Of a DNA stretch of 64,000 nucleotides, positions 19,383-28,606 are shown in pieces (position 1 is the first letter of the stretch; each line of letters starts with the position of its first letter). The notes beneath the pieces were generated by a model. That model saw nothing but the letters and a program-made list of their open reading frames with translations. It made no database searches and was not told the origin of the DNA. This DNA comes from a virus: the IMG/VR virus record IMGVR_UViG_3300005613_000024, positions 1 through 64,000 of that record; one strand, written 5' to 3'. A program made the position numbers and the translations under genes.

Positions 19383-20054
19383 ATGTGTAATTTTGTAAGC
19401 TGGAAAGAAAAAGATGGAGAAGTGTTTTATTTAACAAACGCCGATTTAAAGCCAAGAAAACTGAAAAAATACAAAGAGTATAATGCTAACTGGCAGGAAG
19501 ATTTATGCGGGCATGGAGCGATTGATTATTTTTATCCCGATACAAAGGGAAGAAATAAAGAATGTTTTGATTTCGAGAATCCTAAAAATTTTCCAAAAGA
19601 AATAGTCAAGTCAATTAAGAACATGGAAATGACTAAAATTGGGATAGATATAAGATTGCTAAATGAAAAAGGACAAGCAGAGTACGAGAAGATTAGACAG
19701 CCAGCGTGGGCAAAGTACGAGAAGATTAGACAGCAAGCGTGGGCAAAGTACGAGAAGATTAGACAGCAAGCGTGGGCAAAGTACGAGAAGATTAGACAGC
19801 CAGCGTGGGCAAAGTACGAGAAGATTAGACAGCAAGCGTGGGCAAAGTACGAGAAGATTGAACAGCCAGCGTGGGCAGAGTACGAGAAGATTAGACAGCA
19901 AGCGTTGGCAGAGTACGAGAAGATTAGACAGCCAGCGTTGGCAGAGTACAAGAAGATTGAACAGCCAGCGTTGGCAAAGTACGAGAAGATTAGACAGCAA
20001 GCGTTTTGGGAAATATTCAGGCAGAAAAAATATAGAGCGAAGGGGTGGAATTAG
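19383..20054 (+). CDS. Hypothetical protein with ten 11-aa tandem repeats
   Basis: N-terminal globular part (MCNFVSW...GHGAI) followed by (E/K)YEKI(R/E)Q(P/Q)A(W/L)A x10. Confidence 0.8.
   Translation: MCNFVSWKEKDGEVFYLTNADLKPRKLKKYKEYNANWQEDLCGHGAIDYFYPDTKGRNKECFDFENPKNFPKEIVKSIKNMEMTKIGIDIRLLNEKGQAEYEKIRQPAWAKYEKIRQQAWAKYEKIRQQAWAKYEKIRQPAWAKYEKIRQQAWAKYEKIEQPAWAEYEKIRQQALAEYEKIRQPALAEYKKIEQPALAKYEKIRQQAFWEIFRQKKYRAKGWN
19680..20009 (+). repeat. 33-bp tandem repeat x10
   Basis: Unit (G/A)AGTACGAGAAGATTAGACAGC(C/A)AGCGT(G/T)GGCA, contiguous with no spacers. Confidence 0.95.
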
Positions 20055-20469
20055 ATTTAGATGTAATTAATGATTGGCTCTCAGAACATTACCCATCTCA
20101 ATTATCTTGGCAAGACATTAGGGATATTCTTAGATTTATACGAACAAACTCCAAGCAAATCCTAAAGGGTAAGGAGGGGAAAAATGACTAGAATATTTAC
20201 AAGATGGGTTAAGCAAAAAATAATATGTAGGGTTGATGATGAAGGAGAAATTATAGACGTGATTGATATTATTGATGGCGAGATAGATTCGGAAAATTAT
20301 GAGCTAATTTAATTTTAGCCCAACCCACTAAACACTAAGGAGAGGAAATGATAAATGAATATTTTAGATATTACTTAATGGCTCAAGTTCTTGTGCATTT
20401 TGTTATCTTCTCACTTTATATTTTTGAGAAAATATTGGAGTTTTAATTTTTATTTATTGAGATAAAAAC

Positions 20470-20498
20470 TTGACAAATCGAGTTTTATATGTTATACT
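20470..20498 (+). promoter_or_regulatory. Sigma70-type promoter
   Basis: TTGACA-AATCGAGTTTTATATGT-TATACT. Confidence 0.85.
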
Positions 20499-20517
20499 TG
20501 AAGAAAGAGGAGTTGAT

Positions 20518-20715
20518 ATGAGTTTAAAATTTGGAGATGAGGTTGAAGTTATAAATGGATTTTTTGAAGGCTGTAAAGGAATCGCAGAGTATGAAGACTT
20601 TTCTATGGACAAAGGATATTCTTATTATATTAGGGGATGGAAAAAAGACAAACATGGCATCATAAAACATTTTTATGAAAACTTTAATGAACGTCAGTTA
20701 AGGAAAATACAATGA
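20518..20715 (+). CDS. Small KOW-motif protein
   Basis: FGDEVEVINGFFEGCKG matches the KOW pattern; GAGGAG RBS. Confidence 0.55.
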   Translation: MSLKFGDEVEVINGFFEGCKGIAEYEDFSMDKGYSYYIRGWKKDKHGIIKHFYENFNERQLRKIQ

Positions 20716-21236
20716 AAGAAATGAAAAAGTTTATAATTATTTTAGTAAGTTGTTTGGTATTATCGGGATGCTCTTTAATTCCTCGTCTTACTTTCGACAC
20801 AAAAGGTACAGTTCCGCAAAGTGTTAATAAATCAAAAGCAAAGAATGTTTGTAAAGGTAATACTAAATTCAATGAACTAGGAGAAATGACTTACTGTTCA
20901 AAAGGATATTATTTATATGAAGAAGGGTTCGAGAAAAAGGAAAGAAAGATGACTATTATAGAAAGAATTAAAAGTTTTATCAATAACTTAACAGGTTATG
21001 CCTTTTGGATTGCTTTAGCATTATTGATTTTTTGCCCTTCTGCTTTAGGATTTATAGCTGGGAGAGTTATAGAGGGATTATTTGGTATTGGAAAAAAGAC
21101 ATTAAATTCTGTTATAAAAGCTGTTCAAAATGCAAGAAAAAATGACAAAGATTTAAACGATGCTCTTTCTTCTGAATTAGATGTAAAAGAGAAAGATTAT
21201 ATTGCTAAAGTTAAAAGAGAAGAAAAGATAAAATGA
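20712..21236 (+). CDS. Lipoprotein with additional internal TM segment
   Basis: MKKFIIILVSCLVLSG|C lipobox; TM segment YAFWIALALLIFCPSALGFIAG. Confidence 0.7.
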   Translation: MKEMKKFIIILVSCLVLSGCSLIPRLTFDTKGTVPQSVNKSKAKNVCKGNTKFNELGEMTYCSKGYYLYEEGFEKKERKMTIIERIKSFINNLTGYAFWIALALLIFCPSALGFIAGRVIEGLFGIGKKTLNSVIKAVQNARKNDKDLNDALSSELDVKEKDYIAKVKREEKIK

Positions 21237-21694
21237 AAAAATTACCTTCTGTAAAAAATATTTCAAAAGCGCCAAAAATGAAATCGCCGAGAAAAAAAGA
21301 TATTAATTCTGAAATATGTAAAGTTTTCTCTAAATATTGCACATATTCACAACAAGAATTATTATCGGGTTTAAAAATTTGCAAATCGTATGATAAATTA
21401 ATGATAGCTGTTAATTTAAGTTTAGAATTTGGTTTTAGTTTATACGATGCTTGTTATAACTTAAAAAAGTATAGAGAAGAATCAATAGAATATATTGAAA
21501 AATATGATTACGAGAAACTTGTTGATAATTTAAAACTTTTATCTAAGAGTATTAAAATTGTTCGTGACGAGAATAATCCAGAAAATAGAAAATATGCATG
21601 TGGATTAGCAAATGATTTAATCGACCACATGTTTAGAGATATAAAAGAAATATTTGGAGAGCAAGAAGAAAATCATAAAGGTCATATAGAATAA
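21233..21694 (+). CDS. Hypothetical protein
   Basis: Coupled ORF. Confidence 0.55.
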   Translation: MKKLPSVKNISKAPKMKSPRKKDINSEICKVFSKYCTYSQQELLSGLKICKSYDKLMIAVNLSLEFGFSLYDACYNLKKYREESIEYIEKYDYEKLVDNLKLLSKSIKIVRDENNPENRKYACGLANDLIDHMFRDIKEIFGEQEENHKGHIE

Positions 21695-21709
21695 AGGAGA
21701 AAATGATAA

Positions 21710-22063
21710 ATGCCTTATATAAAATCTAATGATGGTCGTCGAGAAGCTCTACAAAAAAGAGATAGTGCTACAACGGCAGGAGAGTTGAATTATCAAATTT
21801 TTCATTATACAAAAGATACTTTGATAAATAATAAGGCTTTTAGTTCTGATAGAATAAAAACTTTTGTAAAAAATTTCTTAGGTTATAAACCTAATTATCA
21901 GCGTTACAATGATATGGTCGGTTGTTTGATTTTATGTGCAAAGGAAGTTAAAAGAAGATTGAGTATTGATTTAATAGATAATTTTAAGTATATTATTGAT
22001 AGTTATGATTTTGAAATTGCTGATTATGAAGATAAGAAGATTAAAGAAAATGGAGATGTTTGA
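21710..22063 (+). CDS. Conserved phage helical protein (MPYIK...GELNY...YEDKKI.ENGDV family)
   Basis: Signature motifs; I recall this family near phage nucleotide-metabolism genes. Confidence 0.7.
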   Translation: MPYIKSNDGRREALQKRDSATTAGELNYQIFHYTKDTLINNKAFSSDRIKTFVKNFLGYKPNYQRYNDMVGCLILCAKEVKRRLSIDLIDNFKYIIDSYDFEIADYEDKKIKENGDV

Positions 22064-22608
22064 TGAAAAAATGTAGTTGTGGAAATATTATCAAAAAACT
22101 TTCTGCCAGAAGATGTAGGAGATGTTACTTGACAAATCCAGATAGAGGATATTCTCATAATTATTCAAAAGAAGAGTTAAAAAGACGCTCCATTAGCATG
22201 AGTGAAAAGAGAAAAAATGGTAAAATTTTTACATGGAATAAAGGTAAAGATTTAAGAAAAGAAAGACCAGAGATTGGACTACATTTACAACAAGTTTTAA
22301 AAGGAAAACGATGCAACCGAAAGGGAGAATTCAAAAAAGGGCATGAAATGACATTAGCAAAACGAGGGGATTTAATTAATAGGCATCATATTGATTTAAA
22401 TAAATATAATAATGAGATAATAAATTTATTATTTTTGACAAATTCTAAACATAATCAATTGCATAAGAGAGCCTATGATTATTTAGTAAAAACGAATCAG
22501 GTACAAGAATATATTAAATGGTTCATTAAAGAATTTAAACCAAAATTATATACATATAGTCAATATAAAAAAATCAATAAGAGCATTTCTAAACAATTAA
22601 GGAAGTGA
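22060..22608 (+). CDS. NUMOD3/HNH-type endonuclease-like protein
   Basis: TWNKGK, EFKKGH, HHIDLNKYNN...NL...HNQLH. Confidence 0.7.
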   Translation: MMKKCSCGNIIKKLSARRCRRCYLTNPDRGYSHNYSKEELKRRSISMSEKRKNGKIFTWNKGKDLRKERPEIGLHLQQVLKGKRCNRKGEFKKGHEMTLAKRGDLINRHHIDLNKYNNEIINLLFLTNSKHNQLHKRAYDYLVKTNQVQEYIKWFIKEFKPKLYTYSQYKKINKSISKQLRK

Positions 22609-23216
22609 TAAACATGGATAAAACTAAGCTCGTAACAATAGAAAATTGTATTTTTAAAACGTATTTAATTGGAAGTATGGAGTCTCCTGCGAAAAAAGAT
22701 GATGGAATTGGCTGGCGAAGGCAATTAACTCCCGAATTAAACGCAAGAGGAATTTATGTATTTGACCCTACAAGAGAAGAGATTGCAAAAGTAGGAATGC
22801 CAACTGAAGAATTTATGCAAAAATTAACTGGATGGCAAAAAAGCGGTAATTGGGAAAAGTTCACAGAATCAATGCGGACAATTTGGAGAGGTAAATCCTA
22901 TGTAGATGCTGATGAGAACACTAATTTAACAAAATCTATTCATATTTTTGGAGATATAGATTATGTAGAACATTCTAAATTTTTAATTTGGAATTTAGAT
23001 GAAGGAGATAAACCAGGAGGAACTATTATTGAACTGGCACTTGCTTGGTATAGAGGATTGTCAGTTTATTTGATAACTCAAATGCCTAAAACTACAATTA
23101 ACAAAAGTCTTTTATATTTTGTTCTTGATAGTGGAAATGGACAAGGTGGTATTTTTAAAAATCGTCATCAATTATTAGAATTTTTAGATGAAAAATATAA
23201 TTTAACTAAAGATTAA
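22605..23216 (+). CDS. Nucleoside 2-deoxyribosyltransferase-like (N-glycosidase fold) protein
   Basis: YLIGSME, GWR, VFDPT, DIDYV, GGTIIELALA. Confidence 0.75.
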   Translation: MINMDKTKLVTIENCIFKTYLIGSMESPAKKDDGIGWRRQLTPELNARGIYVFDPTREEIAKVGMPTEEFMQKLTGWQKSGNWEKFTESMRTIWRGKSYVDADENTNLTKSIHIFGDIDYVEHSKFLIWNLDEGDKPGGTIIELALAWYRGLSVYLITQMPKTTINKSLLYFVLDSGNGQGGIFKNRHQLLEFLDEKYNLTKD

Positions 23217-23255
23217 TTAATTATTTAAAAGAAACTTATAAAATTTGGAAATAAA

Positions 23256-23687
23256 ATGAAAATTATTACTCCTTGTGATTGGAAAATAGTAGACTTATTA
23301 AAAGAACAAAATGCTAATTGGTTTGGAGAAGCATTAAGAGGTCATTGTTTTATAGGAAGGGTAAATGAAACAGGATATTATTCTACGTTTAGAGTTCATG
23401 AATCCTTTAAACAAGTAAAAGAAGGTGCTATTTTTGAAGAAGCTAAAAAATATTTGTATGATGAAGTTGAAGTGACAGTTTATCATTTTAAATTAGAAGA
23501 GAAGGATTGTTGGATTTCTTATGAGGGAGAAGGGGAAAATGCTCGAAGAATGAAAATTTGTGAACCTTTCGAAATTGTTATGGCGTGGGTTTGGGATGGA
23601 GATGGTTGTTTATATTTTAGATTTAATGATAGAAAAGTTATAAATACTGATTGTAAAAAGGACTATAATTGGGAGTGGATAAAATGA
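23256..23687 (+). CDS. Hypothetical protein
   Basis: WDGDGCL...NTDCKK motif. Confidence 0.55.
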   Translation: MKIITPCDWKIVDLLKEQNANWFGEALRGHCFIGRVNETGYYSTFRVHESFKQVKEGAIFEEAKKYLYDEVEVTVYHFKLEEKDCWISYEGEGENARRMKICEPFEIVMAWVWDGDGCLYFRFNDRKVINTDCKKDYNWEWIK

Positions 23688-23896
23688 AAAGAATAAATGT
23701 TCAATCATCACAAATAAAAAGTATTGGCTACGATAGAGCAGAATATGTTTTAGAAATTGAATTTGTAAAAGGTTCGATTTATCGCTATGAAAAAGTTTAT
23801 CCTGACGAAATTATATCTTTGCTCTTTGCAAATTCAATAGGTTCTTATTTTATGAAAAATATATCGAAAACATATAAATACGAGAAAGTGAGTTAA
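23684..23896 (+). CDS. KTSC domain protein
   Basis: VQSSQIKSIGYD....LEIEF..GSIYRY..V...A.SIGSYF. Confidence 0.9.
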   Translation: MKRINVQSSQIKSIGYDRAEYVLEIEFVKGSIYRYEKVYPDEIISLLFANSIGSYFMKNISKTYKYEKVS

Positions 23897-23899
23897 ATA

Positions 23900-24493
23900 A
23901 TGAAATTTAATAAAGTTCAAGATTCTGGTAAAAGACAGCAATTCAATACTGGTTCTCAAAGAGACACTGATGAAGGGAAAGGACAACCTCATTTATTACC
24001 ATTTGAAACTATAAATTTAATTGAATCTCTTTTAAATCATAAATTGCAAAAATTTGATTATAGAACTTATGAACTCGAATTAGGATTAAAAGTATTAAGT
24101 AATAGACTTTATGAGTATGGAGAAATTAGAGAAAACGAAGCTTCATTGATTTTGTTAGAAGCAATAGAAGAAATTATTTATTTGATTACTTATCAAGAAA
24201 AAGGGCATTATACAGAAGCATATAGACGATTAGCTATTCATTATCAAAATGGTGCGAAGAAATACGATAAAAATAACTGGAAAAAGGGTCAGCCAATAAG
24301 TAGATATTATGATTCTACTATAAGACATTTATGGAAGATTCAAGCAAAATTAAATGATGAAGACCATTATGCGGCTTTATTATGGAATTTAGTTGCTATT
24401 GTTCAAACGAAACAAGATATTAAGAATGGTCATCTATCAAAAGAATTAAACGATTTTCCTTTTACTATCAATGATATATGGACTAAAAAATGA
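23900..24493 (+). CDS. dATP/dGTP diphosphohydrolase-domain protein with internal insertion
   Basis: DSGKRQQFNTGSQRD..EGKG...L.P; RLAIHYQNGAKKY..NNWKKG; YYDS..RHL; EDHYAALLWN. Confidence 0.8.
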   Translation: MKFNKVQDSGKRQQFNTGSQRDTDEGKGQPHLLPFETINLIESLLNHKLQKFDYRTYELELGLKVLSNRLYEYGEIRENEASLILLEAIEEIIYLITYQEKGHYTEAYRRLAIHYQNGAKKYDKNNWKKGQPISRYYDSTIRHLWKIQAKLNDEDHYAALLWNLVAIVQTKQDIKNGHLSKELNDFPFTINDIWTKK

Positions 24494-24759
24494 CTTCACA
24501 AATAATTAGAACAAATTATACAAATAATCAATTATATTGCACTTATTCCAAAGAGAAGATTGCTTTGGAAGAAAAATATATTACTGTTTTTGATAATTAT
24601 TGTGGAGATTGGATAGAAAAATATTATAAATTAGAATATAAGGATTTTATAGATGAAACAGAAAAATAAAATTAAAAGATTACTGATAAGACAAAAAGCT
24701 TTTGATGAGCTTGATAATAGTGATAAAAAAGATAGAAGAAAACCAGGAAGTTTTAAAAA

Positions 24760-25101
24760 ATGACAAATAAAGAAATTTTACAAAAAGCGATTGATAAGTC
24801 ATATGATAATGGTTTTGATTTATGTGAATTTTTTCAAATCGAATCAATGTCTTCTTTAGATTATGATTACTATTTAGAAGAATTAATTAAAAGTAAAGGA
24901 CATTATATTATTATTTTCTCCCATGATTTTGCTAAAGCTTTTTGGGGAGAAGAAAAGTATGATAGATATTGTGAATGTAATTTAGAATACCCTCCCAAAC
25001 ATTATTATGCTGACAAAGAAACTTTGAAAAATTGGCAATATCACCTTCAACAAATGGTTCTTGAAGGAGAACCTTTGAAATATTTAGAGAAATTTTTATG
25101 A
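24760..25101 (+). CDS. Conserved phage hypothetical protein
   Basis: ILQKAIDK...IIFSHDFAKAFWGE...WQYHLQQMV pattern. Confidence 0.65.
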   Translation: MTNKEILQKAIDKSYDNGFDLCEFFQIESMSSLDYDYYLEELIKSKGHYIIIFSHDFAKAFWGEEKYDRYCECNLEYPPKHYYADKETLKNWQYHLQQMVLEGEPLKYLEKFL

Positions 25102-25243
25102 AATATTTAATAGGAACAATTTTTAGTATAGGTTTAGGAGTCTACTCTTTAATTCGAAATAAGAAAAAGGGAATTCTAGTTGCTATTTGTGCATTTATAG
25201 CAAGTATAATATTTTTAGGTCAATTTATAGCGAATTTATAATT

Positions 25244-26119
25244 ATGTCAAAAGTCATATTAATTGATACATCTGGTCTTTTTGTTCCAACTGTAAAAGTA
25301 GTTAATCGTTTACGAGAACAAAAGCACAATACGGGAAGTCCAAAGTTTATTCTACCTCCTAGAGTCATGTATTTTAATAGTTTACTGTCTTCATTAAAAA
25401 AGATAGGAGTAGACAAAGATGATATAATTATTATGGCTCTTGAAGGGCATTCGTTTCGTAAGGACTTATATGCTCCCTATAAAGACCATAGAGCAGGTTT
25501 AAGAAAGAAGGATGAATTTATAGATTGGGATTATGAATATGACCAAGTTAATCAATTACATGATTCTCTAAATGAATCAACCAATTGGCATTTTATTAGA
25601 GTTAAAGATGGATTGGAAGCTGATGATGTGATTTCGATAGCTGTTAGATATTTTAAGAATCAAGAATGTATTGTTGTTACTGGCGATAAAGACTTGCATC
25701 AGTTAGCGTTTTATAAAAATGTTAGAATTTTTAATACAAATAAAAAAATAAAAGGGTCTAAAGGAATGTATGAATTAATTCCACACCCTTTAAAAATTTT
25801 AGCACAAAAGGCAAGAGTTGGAGATAAAGTAGATAACATCATTCCTGCTCTGAACGAAACAAAAGAAGATGCTCAATTAAGATATGATTTAGTAAATTTA
25901 CTAGAATTACCAAAAGAGATTGAAGAAAAAGGAAGAGAAGCGATTGAAGAGGCATTAAGAAATCAAAAGGAATTAAATTTAAATAATCTTCCTAATTTTA
26001 AAAATGTCAGAGAAAAGTTTTTGAAGATTTATGAAAAAGAGAATATTGTAAGTCCTGAGTATTGTTATAATTTATTAGAAAAGAGAAAGAATCGAAAAAA
26101 GAAAGGAAAAAAGAAATGA
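25244..26119 (+). CDS. 5'-3' exonuclease / RNase H (FEN-like)
   Basis: LID, FRKDLY.PYK.HR, GLEADDVI, TGDKDLHQL, GDKVDNI. Confidence 0.9.
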   Translation: MSKVILIDTSGLFVPTVKVVNRLREQKHNTGSPKFILPPRVMYFNSLLSSLKKIGVDKDDIIIMALEGHSFRKDLYAPYKDHRAGLRKKDEFIDWDYEYDQVNQLHDSLNESTNWHFIRVKDGLEADDVISIAVRYFKNQECIVVTGDKDLHQLAFYKNVRIFNTNKKIKGSKGMYELIPHPLKILAQKARVGDKVDNIIPALNETKEDAQLRYDLVNLLELPKEIEEKGREAIEEALRNQKELNLNNLPNFKNVREKFLKIYEKENIVSPEYCYNLLEKRKNRKKKGKKK

Positions 26120-26538
26120 AAGAAGCTAAATATTCACTGAATCAAGTTATTTATTTTGTACATGGTCAGCAAGTTATTAAAGGTAAGATAGATGAATTAA
26201 TTTTGCATTATACTCAAAAAAATGTTATTATAAAATATATCATTCGACCTTATGGATTAGATAACTTTGTTACCATAGACGAAGATAAGATTTATATTGA
26301 TTTAGAAAAAGCAAAACAATATACTATAGAAGAATTTAAAAAGACTTATACTCGAAGAAATATAAAGCAAAATTACAAAAAAGCAAAAAAGGAAATGGAA
26401 GATAAATTTACAAACGCTTTAAAGACTTTTGATGTAAAATTTGCAGAAGTCATTGATGCTATAGAAAGTATTTCAGATGAATATTTTGATAATTTAGAAA
26501 AAGCAAAAAAGGAAAAGGAGAAAAAAGATGGCAAGTAA
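26116..26538 (+). CDS. Hypothetical protein (SH3-like N-terminus plus coiled coil); similar architecture to 52860-53180
   Basis: KYSLNQVIYFV versus KYKIGDVLYHV. Confidence 0.5.
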   Translation: MKEAKYSLNQVIYFVHGQQVIKGKIDELILHYTQKNVIIKYIIRPYGLDNFVTIDEDKIYIDLEKAKQYTIEEFKKTYTRRNIKQNYKKAKKEMEDKFTNALKTFDVKFAEVIDAIESISDEYFDNLEKAKKEKEKKDGK

Positions 26539-27199
26539 GAAAAAAGGAACAGAAAAAGTTGTTGATTGGTTTTTACCAAACAAATCCTTAATTAAGTTTC
26601 AAGGCGAAGAAGATTCAATTGCTGTAGCTGAAAATGTAATGAATAAGAGTAATTTTGATAAATATCCTGTTTTAAAGGGAGATACTGTTGAAGTTACAGA
26701 AAAAGATGATGAAGTTACTTTTTTAAGAAAAGTTAAGGGAGCTTCTAAAAAGAAAGAATCAACAGAAAAGAAAAAAGAATCAAATACAGAAATTGACGAA
26801 ACAATTACGAAAGAAGTAGTTTGTGTAAGTCAATATGGTGTGAAATTTGTTGGTGATGAAAAATGGACTAATTTTTCTGATGAATTACAAAAACAAGATG
26901 TAAAGGCTATGGGAGCGGTTGCTAAGAATACAATCACTGTTTCAATGTCTAAAGGAAAGATAGTAGATATTAAAGAGGAAAAGAAAGACAAAAAACAATC
27001 CAAAAGCACTACAAGAACGCCATACGGTTCTCCAGACGACTTAATTGCAAAAGCAAAAAATACGGCATCAATGAATGCTAAAGATGTTGTGGTAGCCTTA
27101 ATTAGTCAAAATAGAGTCGAAACAAATAATGAAGGTAATATAGAAAGAGCTATTTCTGCTTTAACGAAAAAATTTTATGAAGTAACAAAAGAACTATAA
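26528..27199 (+). CDS. Hypothetical protein, possibly ssDNA-binding
   Basis: Two short beta-rich OB-like segments in a replication gene context. Confidence 0.35.
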   Translation: MASKKKGTEKVVDWFLPNKSLIKFQGEEDSIAVAENVMNKSNFDKYPVLKGDTVEVTEKDDEVTFLRKVKGASKKKESTEKKKESNTEIDETITKEVVCVSQYGVKFVGDEKWTNFSDELQKQDVKAMGAVAKNTITVSMSKGKIVDIKEEKKDKKQSKSTTRTPYGSPDDLIAKAKNTASMNAKDVVVALISQNRVETNNEGNIERAISALTKKFYEVTKEL

Positions 27200-27218
27200 T
27201 TTCAATAAGGAGCAACTA

Positions 27219-28295
27219 ATGTTTAAAGAAAATGATATGCATCTATTGAGAAATCTTATTGAAATTCCTTCTCCATCTGGATTTGAAAAAAACATCGCAG
27301 AATTTTTAGAAGATTATTTGTTAAAACTTGGTGTGAGTCGGAAATTTGTGAAAATAGATAAATATTACAATGTAATTGTAAATTTTGATTATGGTAAAGA
27401 TAAGACTGTCTTAGTAGATGCTCACAGTGACCAAATAGCTTTTATAGTATCTAATGTGGATAGATGGGGAAGTATAAGCTTGCAGTATATAGGGTCAGGA
27501 GATAGTACAATTCTCTCTGCTCGTCATTTAAATATTCTTACCAAAAATGGAGTTGTTCCTGCGGTTATAAATCGAAAACATGCTCATTTAATATATGATG
27601 AAACTACAGAGTTAAATTATTCTCCTGAAGAAGCAGATGTTGATATTGGAATAAGAGACAGAGTCAAAATATTAAATCATATTCAAATCGGAGATGCTGT
27701 AACTTATAGAAATAATTTTAGACAATTATTACATGACTATATTACTGGATATGGATTTGATGATAAGTCAGGTTGTTTTATCTTACTGAAAACAATTGAA
27801 AAAATATTAAAAAGCAGAATTATTCCATCTACTAATTTGGTTTTTGTTTTTTCTACTCAAGAAGAAACAGGAAATTCAAAATTGTTTCCTGTTGTTAGAG
27901 AAATAAGACCCGATTTAGTTATTGAGGCAGATGTGACATTTGCTACCGATTATGGAAATGTTGATGAAATTGAAAGAGAGGTTGGTAGATGTGAATTAGG
28001 TAAGGGAATTTCTTTATATAGAGGAGTAGATATTGACGAAAAATGTTGGGAATTAGCTACTTCTATTGCAAAGAAAAGAAAGATTCCATATCAAGTTCAG
28101 ACTTGTTCTGGAAGAATTGGATATACTTCTTTAGAAGTTACTAGTGAAGGATATGGGATTAAAGCTCTTGTATGGGGTATACCATTAAGAAGTATGCACG
28201 CTCCAACCGAAACTATTCATCTTAACGATTTATATACTGGTACAAAATTGCTAACATATTTTTTGCAAAGTAAAAAGTTAAAAGAGATAATCTAA
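27219..28295 (+). CDS. M42-family (TET-like) aminopeptidase
   Basis: SPSGFE, DAHSDQI, FDDKSG, STQEETG, ADVT and PLRSMHAP metal-ligand motifs. Confidence 0.9.
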   Translation: MFKENDMHLLRNLIEIPSPSGFEKNIAEFLEDYLLKLGVSRKFVKIDKYYNVIVNFDYGKDKTVLVDAHSDQIAFIVSNVDRWGSISLQYIGSGDSTILSARHLNILTKNGVVPAVINRKHAHLIYDETTELNYSPEEADVDIGIRDRVKILNHIQIGDAVTYRNNFRQLLHDYITGYGFDDKSGCFILLKTIEKILKSRIIPSTNLVFVFSTQEETGNSKLFPVVREIRPDLVIEADVTFATDYGNVDEIEREVGRCELGKGISLYRGVDIDEKCWELATSIAKKRKIPYQVQTCSGRIGYTSLEVTSEGYGIKALVWGIPLRSMHAPTETIHLNDLYTGTKLLTYFLQSKKLKEII

Positions 28296-28606
28296 TGCAT
28301 AAACATAAACTAAAATTTTTAAGACAATCGGGTATTTTACATGAAGGTAAATATAAGACAATTGATATTTATCAATGTATAGATTGTAATAAATATTGTA
28401 TAATAGATACAAAAACAGATAAACGAATTTCTTTAAACGGTGATATTGGAGAAGAGATAGATGACTAATTATTGTCATCACTGTAGAAAACTTGTAAATG
28501 TAAAAAAAGAAATTGATGATTATTCTAGTTTTTATAATTTGATTATCGTCAGTTGCGAAAATTGCAGAACATTTCTTTATCAATATCTACAAAAGAAAGA
28601 TATTTA

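Noticed and set aside
19680-20009. CRISPR array or DGR template/variable repeat
   Set aside because: Units are contiguous with no unique spacers and are in-frame coding. No separate template copy and no cas or reverse transcriptase gene in the window.
19532-20070. Alternative-frame and antisense ORFs over the tandem repeat
   Set aside because: They are by-products of a stop-free 33-bp unit and lack an RBS or unique domain.
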